Shown here piece by piece: positions 14,459 to 23,333 of a stretch of DNA of 34,377 nucleotides. The DNA is taken from contig CAMPAA010000002.1 of NCBI GenBank assembly GCA_946631345.1, positions 1 through 34,377 on the forward strand, given 5' to 3'. How positions within the stretch are numbered: the stretch's first letter is position 1; each line of letters begins with the position of its first letter. The notes under the pieces were generated by a model. The model saw only the letters and a list, made by a program, of their open reading frames with translations, was not told the origin of the DNA and did not search any database. Origin of the DNA: an uncultured Verrucomicrobiota bacterium (GTDB taxonomy: Bacteria; Verrucomicrobiota; Kiritimatiellia; RFP12; UBA1067). A program made the position numbers and the translations under genes.

Positions 14459-17400
14459 TGGAGTCATGTATGCATAAGATGACGGTTAAGATGTTTCTTC
14501 TTTCGGCCTCTTTGGCTGCTGCGGTCGGCGTGGCGGCGAGCGCGGAGCGCCCGCCCAGTCATGATGCTCCTGCGTCGCTGACGGTGGAGTACCGTACCAA
14601 CCCTATTGGCATAGATGCCACGGTGCCAAGGCTTTCATGGAAGCTGCCGACGGGCACCATGCGCCAGAGCGCATACGAGATCGAGGCGGACGGAGTGCCG
14701 TGCGGCAAGACGACTTCGGATGCCACGCTGAACAACCCATGGCCCGGCACCGCGCTGAAGACCGGTTCGCGCCACTCATGGCGCGTGCGCACATGGAGCG
14801 AGAAGGGTGAGGTGTCGGGATGGAGCGCGCCCGCGCATTTTGTGATGGGCGTTATGGAGGACGGCTTCTGGAAGGCGAAGTGGATCGGCCCGAACGCCGT
14901 CACGCGCCCAGACGTGGATTTCGGGGCGGCGAAGTGGGTGACCTCTACGTCCGGCGCGGTGAAGGTGGAGTTCACGCTCGCCGACATCCCGGATACGAAG
15001 GAGATGGTGTTCCTCTCCCGCGCGCCGTACAGTCTATCAGTCAACGGGAAGCATTCGCGGGGTTCGTTCGCCGGGCATGTGTGGGACGGGCGCTTCGCGA
15101 AGTTCCACGACCTCGCGTGCGATGGTCTGAAGACGGGTTTGAACACGGTTGAGTTTCGCCGCATGCACGACAGCGACCCGTTCGCCGTCATATGCGTGTT
15201 CCGGGAGAGGGGCGCATCGGTTGGCGCGGTGTCGTCCGCCGCATGGGATGGCGCGGTTGAGCTTGGCGGGTTGAGGGAGGTGCCGTGGGCGACGAACCTC
15301 GTGCTGCGCGACGAGCTGGTCTCGCCCGCGTTCGAAAAGCGTTTCTCCGTCGCGAAGGATGTGCGCAGGGCCACGCTGTTCATCACGGGGCTTGGATTCT
15401 ACGAGGCGTCGCTGAATGGCGAGCGGGTAGGCGACAAGGTGCTCGATCCGTCTCACACCGACTACCGCCGCCGCGTGCTGTACTCGACCTATGTGCTCGA
15501 CGGAAAGGTACGGAAGGGTGAGAACGTCCTGAAGGTGCTCTTGGGACACGGCTTCTACGATGTGCGCCTCAAGTCCGTGTGGGACAACGACATGGCGCCC
15601 TGGCGGGACTTCCCACGGATGATTGCGCAGCTTGAGCTGGAATATGCGGACGGTACGCGCGGATCGGTGGTGTCGGACGGAAGCTGGCGGCAGGTGAAGG
15701 GGCCAGTCGGATGGGACGACATACGCGAGGGCGAGGTTGTCGGTGGCGGCCATGTGCGGGAGCCGGCGTTTCCGGCTGGCGGCTTTCCGGTGGCGGTGGT
15801 GGATGGCCCGACCGGCAGGCTCGAGGCGGAGAACCAGCCGCCTGCGCGCATAATCTACGAGAACCGTCCGTCGCGCCTGCGGCCTGTCGCGGGGGAGGAT
15901 GGCGGATGGATGGTTGAGTTCCCCGAGAACATAGCAGGCTGGGCGCGGATACGTTTCAGGGGCCTGGCGAAGGGTGACGTGGTCACCATCCGCTACGACG
16001 AACACAAGGATGGCGATCTCGCCCCCGCCGTGCCGAGCTCGTACTACTCGCAGATAAAGGGCGCGAACGGCGCGAAGTTCGACGGCCCGGCGCCGCGTCG
16101 CATCGACTGTCACTTCAAAAGCCCGATCTCCGCAAACGTGTGCGCGCGCGACAGGGGGTTCCAGACCGACCGCTTCGTCGCCTCCGGCGGCGGAGACGAG
16201 ACCTATGAGCCGCGCTTCACCTGGAACGGCTTCCAGTACGTTTATCTGCGCGGGCTACGCACGCCGCCATCTATTGACGACATCGCGCAGTGCGTCATCT
16301 CCACGGACTTCCCCGAGATTGGCGGATTCGCGTCCTCCGACCAAGTGCTCGACCGGCTTGTGGCGGCGGCGGCGCGCACCTACCGTGCAAACTTCACCGA
16401 TGGGATTCCTACGGACTGCCCGCACCGTGAGAAGAACGGCTGGACCGGCGATGCTTCGGTGGCCAGCGATTTCGCGCAGTTTCGTTTCGAGAACACGTCC
16501 GCATACGAGAAGTGGCTACGCGACATCGTCGATGCCCAGAACGCCGTCGGCGACCTGCCGGGCATCGTGCCGTCTCCGGGTTGGGGTTTCGAGTGGGGCA
16601 ACGGCCCTGCGTGGGATTCCGCCCTCTGGACGGTGTCATGGAACCTCTACCGTTACCGCGACGACAGGAAGGCGATAGAGACCGCATATCCGGCGCTCGT
16701 ACGCCTGATCGACTACACCGGAACTAAGGCGGATGCCGACGGGTTGGTAAAGCATGGCCTCGGCGACTGGATACCGCCGGACTGGAAACGCATCCCGTCC
16801 GTACATTTCACCAGCTCATGCTTTTACCTGCAGGCGAACGAGGTTGCGTCCAGGATGGCGGCGGCGCTTGGCAGGCCGGAGGAGTCCGCGCGCCATGCCG
16901 CGCGTGCGGCGGCGGTACGCGCCGCGATACGCGCGAAGTTCATGAAGCCGGGCGGCGTGTTCGACAACGGCGGGCAGACTGCGCAGTCGGCCGCGTTCAT
17001 GTTCGGGTTGGTGGAGCCGGGCGAGGAGAAGGATGTCGGCGCGCGGCTAGTGGAGGCCGTCCATGCGCGCAACGACCATCTTGAGACGGGCGTGATAGGC
17101 TGCAAGACCCTCTTCCGCGCGCTCACGCGGATAGGGCGCACCGATCTTGCTCTCAAGGTGGTTCTGCAGCGCGATGCGCCATCGCCGGCGGCATGGATGC
17201 ACAAGGGCGGCGGCAACTTCTGGGAGGACTGGGGCGAGGGCGCGAGCCGAAATCACATCATGTTTGGCGACATAGCGTGCTGGGCATATGAATGTGTCGC
17301 CGGACTGCGGCTGGAGGACGGCTATCGCGCATTCAGGCGATTCGTGGTGGAGCCGGCCTGGACATGCGGACTTGAGCGATGCGCGGTGACGGTTGACAGC

Positions 17401-17541
17401 CCTTACGGCATAATTGCGGTGAAATGGTCGAAGGATGGCGCGCTTGAGGTCGTTGTGCCGCCTGGCACGGAATGCACTGCGCGCATGAAGGACGGCAGGG
17501 CCGTTAGCCTTCAGCCCGGACTTCACCGCCTTGCGCGGTAG
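14458..17541 (+). CDS. alpha-L-rhamnosidase, glycoside hydrolase family 78
   Basis: GH78 hallmarks are present: LTVEYRTNPIGIDATVPRLSWKL, ATLFITGLGFYEASLNGERVGDKVLDP and PTDCPHREKNGWTGDA. A signal peptide is present (MTVKMFLLSASLAAAVGVAASA). The start is ambiguous (TTG 14455, ATG 14458, 14470 or 14479) and overlaps or abuts the upstream stop codon. Confidence 0.92.
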   Translation: MESCMHKMTVKMFLLSASLAAAVGVAASAERPPSHDAPASLTVEYRTNPIGIDATVPRLSWKLPTGTMRQSAYEIEADGVPCGKTTSDATLNNPWPGTALKTGSRHSWRVRTWSEKGEVSGWSAPAHFVMGVMEDGFWKAKWIGPNAVTRPDVDFGAAKWVTSTSGAVKVEFTLADIPDTKEMVFLSRAPYSLSVNGKHSRGSFAGHVWDGRFAKFHDLACDGLKTGLNTVEFRRMHDSDPFAVICVFRERGASVGAVSSAAWDGAVELGGLREVPWATNLVLRDELVSPAFEKRFSVAKDVRRATLFITGLGFYEASLNGERVGDKVLDPSHTDYRRRVLYSTYVLDGKVRKGENVLKVLLGHGFYDVRLKSVWDNDMAPWRDFPRMIAQLELEYADGTRGSVVSDGSWRQVKGPVGWDDIREGEVVGGGHVREPAFPAGGFPVAVVDGPTGRLEAENQPPARIIYENRPSRLRPVAGEDGGWMVEFPENIAGWARIRFRGLAKGDVVTIRYDEHKDGDLAPAVPSSYYSQIKGANGAKFDGPAPRRIDCHFKSPISANVCARDRGFQTDRFVASGGGDETYEPRFTWNGFQYVYLRGLRTPPSIDDIAQCVISTDFPEIGGFASSDQVLDRLVAAAARTYRANFTDGIPTDCPHREKNGWTGDASVASDFAQFRFENTSAYEKWLRDIVDAQNAVGDLPGIVPSPGWGFEWGNGPAWDSALWTVSWNLYRYRDDRKAIETAYPALVRLIDYTGTKADADGLVKHGLGDWIPPDWKRIPSVHFTSSCFYLQANEVASRMAAALGRPEESARHAARAAAVRAAIRAKFMKPGGVFDNGGQTAQSAAFMFGLVEPGEEKDVGARLVEAVHARNDHLETGVIGCKTLFRALTRIGRTDLALKVVLQRDAPSPAAWMHKGGGNFWEDWGEGASRNHIMFGDIACWAYECVAGLRLEDGYRAFRRFVVEPAWTCGLERCAVTVDSPYGIIAVKWSKDGALEVVVPPGTECTARMKDGRAVSLQPGLHRLAR

Positions 17542-17597
17542 GGCGGATTGCCCACAATCCGCCGAATCCGTGTGCCGCTACGGCGGATTTTCGTTTC
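17542..17597 (+). terminator. terminator region with two alternative hairpins sharing the arm AATCCGCC
   Basis: GGCGGATT (17542-17549) can pair with AATCCGCC (17556-17563). That arm can instead pair with a second GGCGGATT (17582-17589), which is followed by TTCGTTT. Confidence 0.5.
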
Positions 17598-17630
17598 CGC
17601 GAAAAACCTTCGGTATCTGCCGTTGGTTTA

Positions 17631-17639
17631 TGGTACAAT
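17631..17639 (+). promoter_or_regulatory. extended -10 promoter element TGGTACAAT upstream of tkt
   Basis: Same motif as at 10213. It lies 51 nt upstream of ATG 17691, which is preceded by AAGGAAAA. Confidence 0.5.
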
Positions 17640-17690
17640 ACAGGCTCAATCAGACGAGCAGAAGATTTAAACAGAGAAAGGAAAACGAGA

Positions 17691-19622
17691 ATGAAATACA
17701 CGAACGAACAGCTGAAACTGGCGGCGGACACCGTGCGGTGCCTGGCGGCGGACGCAATCGAGAAGGCGAAGAGCGGTCATCCCGGCGCTCCGATGGGGCT
17801 TGCGGACCTTGCGGTCTCGCTGTGGCTCAAATACCTGAATTTCGACCCGAAGGACGTGAACTGGGCAATCCGCGACCGTCTGGTGTTCTCTGGCGGACAC
17901 GCCTCGATGCTGGTCTATTCGCTGTTCCACCTCGCCGGCGTGAAGGGCTGCGAGATGGATCAGGTGGAGACGTTCCGTCAGCTGGGGTCGAGGTGCGCCG
18001 GCCACCCCGAGCGCGGGGTTATGCCTGGCGTGGAGGTGACGACCGGTCCGCTTGGACAGGGGATCGCGATGGGCGTTGGCATGGCGCTCGCCTCGCGGCG
18101 CAACGGCGACGCCAACCATACATGGGTGTTCTGCGGCGACGGCGACCTTGAGGAGGGCATCTCGCACGAGGCGTGCTCGTTCGCCGGCAACCTCAAGCTC
18201 GGCGGGCTTACGCTCGTATACGACTCGAACGGAATCACGATCGAGGGTTCCACTTCGCTGTCGATGGCCGATGACGCCAAGAAGCGTTTCGAGAGCTACG
18301 GCTGGAAGGTGCTGGAGTGCGACGGCCACGACTTCGACCAGATCGACCGCGTATACCGCCGCGCCCTCAAGATCACTGATGTGCCGGTGATCATCATCGC
18401 AAGGACCACGATCGGGTTCGGTGCTCCCACGAAAAAGGGCACTGCCGGCGTGCACGGCGCGCCGCTTGGAGCGGAGGAGTTGGCCGGACTCAAGCGGAAC
18501 CTCGGATTCGATCCGGAGAAGAGCTTCTACGTGCCGGATGAGGTGTATGCGATGTTCGAGCAGCGTGCGGTGAAGTGCCACAGGCTGCGCAACGCATATG
18601 AGAAGGCGAGGAAGGCCGCGCCGTCGCCGTCGAAGTACACTGTGGCCGATCTGTACGGCGCGCTGCCGTCCTTCGATCCGGCCAAGACGGTGGCCACCCG
18701 TGCCGCGAACGGCACCGTGATGAATGCGCTCGCCAAGGTAGCGACCGATCTCATCGGAGGGTCTGCCGACCTTGAGCCGTCGAACAAGACTGGCCTGAAG
18801 GAGTACGGCTGGCTCGCCGCCGGCGACCTATCTGGCCGCAACATCCACTTCGGCATACGTGAGCTTGCCATGAGCGCCATCGTGAACGGCATCACCGCAT
18901 ATGGCGGCTACCGTGCGTTCGGCGCCACGTTCTTCGTGTTCTCCGACTACTGCCGCCCGGCGATCCGGCTTGCGGCGCTCATGAAGCTCCCGTCCATCTG
19001 GGTGTTCTCGCACGATTCCTTCTATGTTGGCGAGGATGGCCCCACGCACGAGCCGGTCGAGCAGCTTGCCGCCATGCGCACGATGCCGAACGTGGCGACG
19101 TTCCGTCCGGCGGACGCCAACGAGACGGGCTGGTGCTGGGTTGAGATGCTCAAGAACACTGCGGGCCCGAGCTGCATCCTCACGACGCGCCAGAACCTGC
19201 CGATCCTCGAAGGCACGAGCGCAGAGGGTGTTGCCCACGGAGCATACACCGTATATGAGAGCGCGGCGCATCCGGAATATCTCTTCCTTGCGTCCGGCTC
19301 GGAGGTTTCGCTGTGCGTGGAGGCGGCGAAGCTTCTGGCGGAGACGGGCCGCGCCGTGCGCGTGGTGTCCATGCCATGCCGGGAGCTTTTCGAGCGTCAG
19401 TCGCTTGAATACCGCGAGAGCATAGTGCCTGGCACGTGCGCCAAGCGCATAATCGTCGAGGCCGGAGTGAAATTCGGGTGGGGGGCATATGTGCTTGATG
19501 CATCCAAGACCCGCTTCGTCACTCTCGATAGCTATGGCGAGTCCGGCCCGTACAAGGTGCTGGCGGAGCATTTCGGCTTCACGGTGGAGAACGTTCTCGC
19601 CAAGGCGAAAGAGCTGTACTGA
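17691..19622 (+). CDS. tkt: transketolase
   Basis: Full-length collinear similarity to bacterial TktA. Matching segments include KSGHPGAPMGLADLAVSLW, TTGPLGQGIAMGVGMA, GDGDLEEGISHEA, GEDGPTHEPVEQLAAMR and FGFTVENVLAKAKEL. Confidence 0.97.
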   Translation: MKYTNEQLKLAADTVRCLAADAIEKAKSGHPGAPMGLADLAVSLWLKYLNFDPKDVNWAIRDRLVFSGGHASMLVYSLFHLAGVKGCEMDQVETFRQLGSRCAGHPERGVMPGVEVTTGPLGQGIAMGVGMALASRRNGDANHTWVFCGDGDLEEGISHEACSFAGNLKLGGLTLVYDSNGITIEGSTSLSMADDAKKRFESYGWKVLECDGHDFDQIDRVYRRALKITDVPVIIIARTTIGFGAPTKKGTAGVHGAPLGAEELAGLKRNLGFDPEKSFYVPDEVYAMFEQRAVKCHRLRNAYEKARKAAPSPSKYTVADLYGALPSFDPAKTVATRAANGTVMNALAKVATDLIGGSADLEPSNKTGLKEYGWLAAGDLSGRNIHFGIRELAMSAIVNGITAYGGYRAFGATFFVFSDYCRPAIRLAALMKLPSIWVFSHDSFYVGEDGPTHEPVEQLAAMRTMPNVATFRPADANETGWCWVEMLKNTAGPSCILTTRQNLPILEGTSAEGVAHGAYTVYESAAHPEYLFLASGSEVSLCVEAAKLLAETGRAVRVVSMPCRELFERQSLEYRESIVPGTCAKRIIVEAGVKFGWGAYVLDASKTRFVTLDSYGESGPYKVLAEHFGFTVENVLAKAKELY

Positions 19623-19663
19623 CGGCTCTCCGACGAGAATATTACACTTCCTGTATAACATCA

Positions 19664-19716
19664 GCGCGCTGCCATTACACGGCATTTCTGTCTTGCGCGC
19701 TGAAACGCGGCATTTC
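19664..19716 (+). promoter_or_regulatory. two imperfect direct repeats GCGCGCTG-N(5-8)-CGGCATTTC; candidate enhancer-binding-protein sites
   Basis: Copies at 19664-19688 and 19695-19716 lie 30-70 nt upstream of the sigma-54-type promoter. The assigned function is inference only. Confidence 0.3.
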
Positions 19717-19719
19717 GCT

Positions 19720-19736
19720 TTGGCACGGGAAATGCT
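19720..19736 (+). promoter_or_regulatory. sigma-54 (RpoN) type -24/-12 promoter upstream of glnN
   Basis: TTGGCACGGGAAATGCT compared with the consensus TGGCAC-N5-TTGCW. The GG and GC dinucleotides are correctly spaced and there is one mismatch (A for T before TGC). It lies ~57 nt upstream of ATG 19793. Confidence 0.65.
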
Positions 19737-19792
19737 AATGGTGTTTCGCCGGGCGCGGTGGTCGCGTCTGGCGAAAACACAAGGAAACGAAA

Positions 19793-21895
19793 ATGACGGA
19801 AGAGACAAAGGCGGCAACCGACTTCGGCGCTGACGTGTTCGGCGGCGAGGCGATAAGGACATACCTGAGCAAGGATACGGCGAAGAAGCTCCAGGCGACA
19901 ATCCAGGAGGGCAAGCCGCTTGATCCGTCGATCGCGGGCGAGGTTGCGCACGGCATCCGCCACTGGGCGATGGATCGCGGCGCCACGCACTACACGCACT
20001 GGTTCCTGCCGATGACCGGCTCCACCGCCGAGAAGCACGACTCCTTCCTTGAGCTGAAGGATGGCGAGCCGATCATGCAGTTCAGCGGCAAGAACCTCAT
20101 CGTCGGCGAACCGGACGCAAGCTCGTTCCCGTCGGGCGGCATCCGTTCCACCTTCGAGGCGCGCGGCTACACGGCGTGGGATCCCACGTCCCCTGCGTTC
20201 ATCAAGCGCCATTCGAACGGCGCGACCCTGTGCATCCCCACGGCGTTCTGCGCCTACACGGGCGAATCGCTCGACAAGAAGACGCCGCTTCTCCGTTCGA
20301 TGCAGGCGCTCGACAGGTCGCTGAGGCGGCTGATGAAGCTCTTCGGGCGCGGCGAGGCGCACACGGCCTGCACGCTCGGCGCGGAGCAGGAGTACTTCCT
20401 CGTGGACAAGGAGTACTGGAAGAAGCGACCAGACCTGGTGCTCACTGGCCGCACGCTCTTCGGTGCGCCGTCCGCAAAGGGGCAGCAGCTCGAAGACCAC
20501 TACTTCGGCACCATCCCAGACCGCGTGCTCTCGTTCATGAACGATGTGGAGCGCGAGCTGTGGAAGCTCGGCATTCCGGCGAAGACGCGCCACAACGAGG
20601 TCGCGCCCGCGCAGTTCGAGCTGGCTCCGCAGTTCGAGGAACTCAACCTGGCGAGCGACCACAACATGCTGGTGATGGACACGCTGCGCAACGTCGCCGA
20701 AAAGCACGGCCTCAAGTGCCTGCTGCACGAGAAGCCCTACGCCGGCGTGAACGGTTCCGGCAAGCACAACAACTGGTCTGTCGCCTACGGCGGTCGGAAC
20801 CTGCTCGACCCCGGCAGCGATCCGCACGAGAACGCCGTTTTCCTCACGATGCTCTGCGCCGTGATAGAAGCTGTGGACAAGCATGCCGACCTGCTGCGCG
20901 CCTCCGTCGCGGGCGCGGGGAACGATCACCGCCTTGGCGCGAACGAAGCGCCGCCCGCAGTCATCTCCATCTACGTGGGCGACCAGCTTGCGGAGGTCCT
21001 TGAGCGCATCGAAAACCCGAAGAGCGCAAAGCACGAGGCCAAGGGCACGCTCAAGATCGGTGTCGATACGCTGCCGGCTATCCCTAAGGACGCGACAGAC
21101 CGCAACCGCACGTCGCCGTTTGCGTTCACCGGAAACAAGTTCGAGTTCCGCGCGCCGGGATCGAGCGTATGCTGCTCCGGTCCGATGACGGTTCTGAACA
21201 CCATCGTCGCCGAAGCCGTGGATCGCATTGCGGATGAACTGGAGGCGTCGAAGGTGACCGGCAAGGCGAAGCCCGGCGAGCATACCGCTGCTTTCCACAA
21301 TGCGCTGCAGAAAATCCTCGAGAAGTCGCTCAAGGCGCACAAGCGCGTCGTCTTCAACGGCAACGGCTACGAGGCCGACTGGATGGTGGAGGCGGCGAAA
21401 CGCGGACTCCCCAACGCGCCAGACACGCCCTCCGCCCTCGCCGCGCTCGCGAAGGCGGAGAACGCCGCGCTCTTCGAGAGGTACGGTGTGATGACCGCGC
21501 GCGAACTGAAGAGCCGCCACGACATCTTCCTGGAGGAATACGCGAAGAAGGTGCGCATCGAGGGCGTCTGCGCGCGTGACATCGCAAGCGAGATGATCCT
21601 GCCCGCCGTCAAGGCGGAGTATGCCGAGACGGTCGCTTCGTTCGCGCAGGCCGAGAAGTGCGGCATTGCAAGCGGCACGGCGACGCTGAAGGAGAGCATC
21701 GTCGAGCTTGGCTCCGGGCTTGACGCGCTCAAGGACGGAATCAAGCGACTCGATGCGGCGCTGGCCGGAACGGAATGCGAAGCGGTGCTCTCCGCGATGC
21801 GTGCGCTCCGCACCACGGCCGACGTGCTGGAGCACCATGTCGCTGACGCGAAGTGGCCGCTACCCAAGTACCGCGACATGCTTTTCCTGTACTGA
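19793..21895 (+). CDS. glnN: glutamine synthetase, type III
   Basis: 700 aa, collinear with Bacteroides-type GSIII. Matching segments include THYTHWF, EPDASSFPSGGIRSTFEARGYTAWD, EQEYFLVD, TRHNEVAPAQFELAP, GSGKHNNWS, RLGANEAPPA, DRNRTSPFAFTGNKFEFRA and the C-terminal WPLPKYRDMLF. Confidence 0.97.
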   Translation: MTEETKAATDFGADVFGGEAIRTYLSKDTAKKLQATIQEGKPLDPSIAGEVAHGIRHWAMDRGATHYTHWFLPMTGSTAEKHDSFLELKDGEPIMQFSGKNLIVGEPDASSFPSGGIRSTFEARGYTAWDPTSPAFIKRHSNGATLCIPTAFCAYTGESLDKKTPLLRSMQALDRSLRRLMKLFGRGEAHTACTLGAEQEYFLVDKEYWKKRPDLVLTGRTLFGAPSAKGQQLEDHYFGTIPDRVLSFMNDVERELWKLGIPAKTRHNEVAPAQFELAPQFEELNLASDHNMLVMDTLRNVAEKHGLKCLLHEKPYAGVNGSGKHNNWSVAYGGRNLLDPGSDPHENAVFLTMLCAVIEAVDKHADLLRASVAGAGNDHRLGANEAPPAVISIYVGDQLAEVLERIENPKSAKHEAKGTLKIGVDTLPAIPKDATDRNRTSPFAFTGNKFEFRAPGSSVCCSGPMTVLNTIVAEAVDRIADELEASKVTGKAKPGEHTAAFHNALQKILEKSLKAHKRVVFNGNGYEADWMVEAAKRGLPNAPDTPSALAALAKAENAALFERYGVMTARELKSRHDIFLEEYAKKVRIEGVCARDIASEMILPAVKAEYAETVASFAQAEKCGIASGTATLKESIVELGSGLDALKDGIKRLDAALAGTECEAVLSAMRALRTTADVLEHHVADAKWPLPKYRDMLFLY

Positions 21896-21913
21896 GGTAG
21901 TGAGCAGGATCGT

Positions 21914-21947
21914 GGGTGCCGTCTGCAAACGTTTGCAAGCGGCACCC
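21914..21947 (+). terminator. long GC-rich hairpin downstream of glnN
   Basis: GGGTGCCG-TC-TGCAAAC/GTTTGCA-AG-CGGCACCC forms a nested 8+7-bp inverted repeat 19 nt after the stop codon. The T tract is weak (CTTTG). Confidence 0.6.
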
Positions 21948-22021
21948 GATATCTTTGCTCCGTCCGACGCGGGTGCCTCTGCCGCGTCAAGGACTCGCGT
22001 CGCTGCGCTGAAGCCAGAATT

Positions 22022-22030
22022 TGGTATAAT
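22022..22030 (+). promoter_or_regulatory. extended -10 promoter element TGGTATAAT upstream of larA
   Basis: Exact TGnTATAAT lies 10 nt upstream of ATG 22041, implying a leaderless or near-leaderless transcript. Confidence 0.55.
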
Positions 22031-22040
22031 TCCGCGCACC

Positions 22041-23333
22041 ATGAACAGCATACTTCTGCCATATGGAAAGGGAACGGTGACCGTCGATATCGATGACGGG
22101 CACCTCGCCGGCGTATTGCGCTCCGGCATACACGGCTACAGGCCGGAAAAGGACGCCGAGTCGCTCGTGCGCGAATCGCTGGAGCATCCGGTCGGTTCAC
22201 CGCGCCTGAGGGAGCTTGCGGCCGGCAAGCGGAAGATCACGGTGATAGCGTCCGACCACACGCGTCCCGTGCCGAGCCGCGTCATCATGCCGCAGATGCT
22301 TGCGGAGATCCGCGCCGGCAATCCGTCCGCCGAGATAACGATACTCGTGGCGACGGGCCTGCACCGCACGACGACGCGCGAGGAGATAGAGGCGAAGTTC
22401 GGCGAGGAGATCGCCTCGAATGAGCGCATCGTCGTGCACGACTGCGACGACGCGGCGAATCTCGTGAACATCGGCACGCTTCCATCCGGCGGCGAACTCG
22501 TCGTGAACAGGCTCGCCGTGGAGGCGGATCTGCTCGTCGCGGAGGGTTTCATCGAGCCGCATTTCTTCGCGGGATTCTCCGGCGGCAGGAAGAGCGTGCT
22601 GCCCGGGATCGCCAGCCGCGCGACGGTGATGTACAACCACAACGCCGGATTCATCGCGCACCCGAAGGCGCGCACCGGCGTCCTGGAGGGGAACCCCATA
22701 CACGAAGACATGCTCTTCGCGGCGCGGGCGGCGAAGCTCGCGTTCGTCGTGAACGTCGTCATCGACGCCGCCCATGAACCCATCTTCAGCGTTGCGGGCG
22801 ACTGCGAGGCGGCGCACAGGGCGGGGCGGGAGTTCCTGCTTTCGAAGTGCATGGCGGACGCGATTCCGGCGGACATCGCCGTGACCACCAACGGCGGCTA
22901 TCCGCTCGACCAGAACATATACCAGGCCGTGAAGGGGATGACCGCGGCCGAGGCGACGGTGCGGAAGGGCGGCGTGATCGTGATGTTCGCGAAGTCGTCC
23001 GACGGGCACGGCGGGGCGAGCTTCCACAGGACGTTCCGCGACGAGCCCGACCTTGATCGCATGATGCGCACGTTCCTCTCCCGCCGCCCCGAGGAGACGG
23101 TCGTGGACCAGTGGCAGTCGCAGATACTCGCGCGCGTGCTCTTGAAGGCGCGCGTCGTGTACGTCTCGGACTGCGACGACCAGACCGTGCGCGACCTTCA
23201 CATGATACCCGCCCATGGCGCGGCGGAGGCGATGGAGATCGCGAAGTCGCTCGTGAACAAGCCCGACTGGAAGGCTGTCGTCATCCCGGACGGAGTCTCC
23301 GTCATCGTCAGGGAAAGCGGGGCGAAGGCGTGA
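22041..23333 (+). CDS. larA: nickel-pincer-cofactor-dependent lactate racemase family protein (LarA homologue, 430 aa)
   Basis: End-to-end similarity to Lactobacillus plantarum LarA as I recall it. Matching segments include SDHTRPVPS, EGFIEPHFFAGFSGGRKSVLPGIA (with the cofactor-binding Lys position), NGGYPLDQNIYQAVKGMTAAEAT and VIPDGVSVIV. The start is set at MNSILLPYGKG; the ORF track's 21708 start overlaps glnN and its terminator. Confidence 0.92.
   Translation: MNSILLPYGKGTVTVDIDDGHLAGVLRSGIHGYRPEKDAESLVRESLEHPVGSPRLRELAAGKRKITVIASDHTRPVPSRVIMPQMLAEIRAGNPSAEITILVATGLHRTTTREEIEAKFGEEIASNERIVVHDCDDAANLVNIGTLPSGGELVVNRLAVEADLLVAEGFIEPHFFAGFSGGRKSVLPGIASRATVMYNHNAGFIAHPKARTGVLEGNPIHEDMLFAARAAKLAFVVNVVIDAAHEPIFSVAGDCEAAHRAGREFLLSKCMADAIPADIAVTTNGGYPLDQNIYQAVKGMTAAEATVRKGGVIVMFAKSSDGHGGASFHRTFRDEPDLDRMMRTFLSRRPEETVVDQWQSQILARVLLKARVVYVSDCDDQTVRDLHMIPAHGAAEAMEIAKSLVNKPDWKAVVIPDGVSVIVRESGAKA

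Noticed and set aside
19661-21838. 725-aa minus-strand ORF
   Set aside because: It lies entirely antisense to glnN, whose product aligns end-to-end with type III glutamine synthetases. The translation is Arg/Ala/Leu/His-rich low complexity, typical of a shadow ORF in GC-rich DNA.
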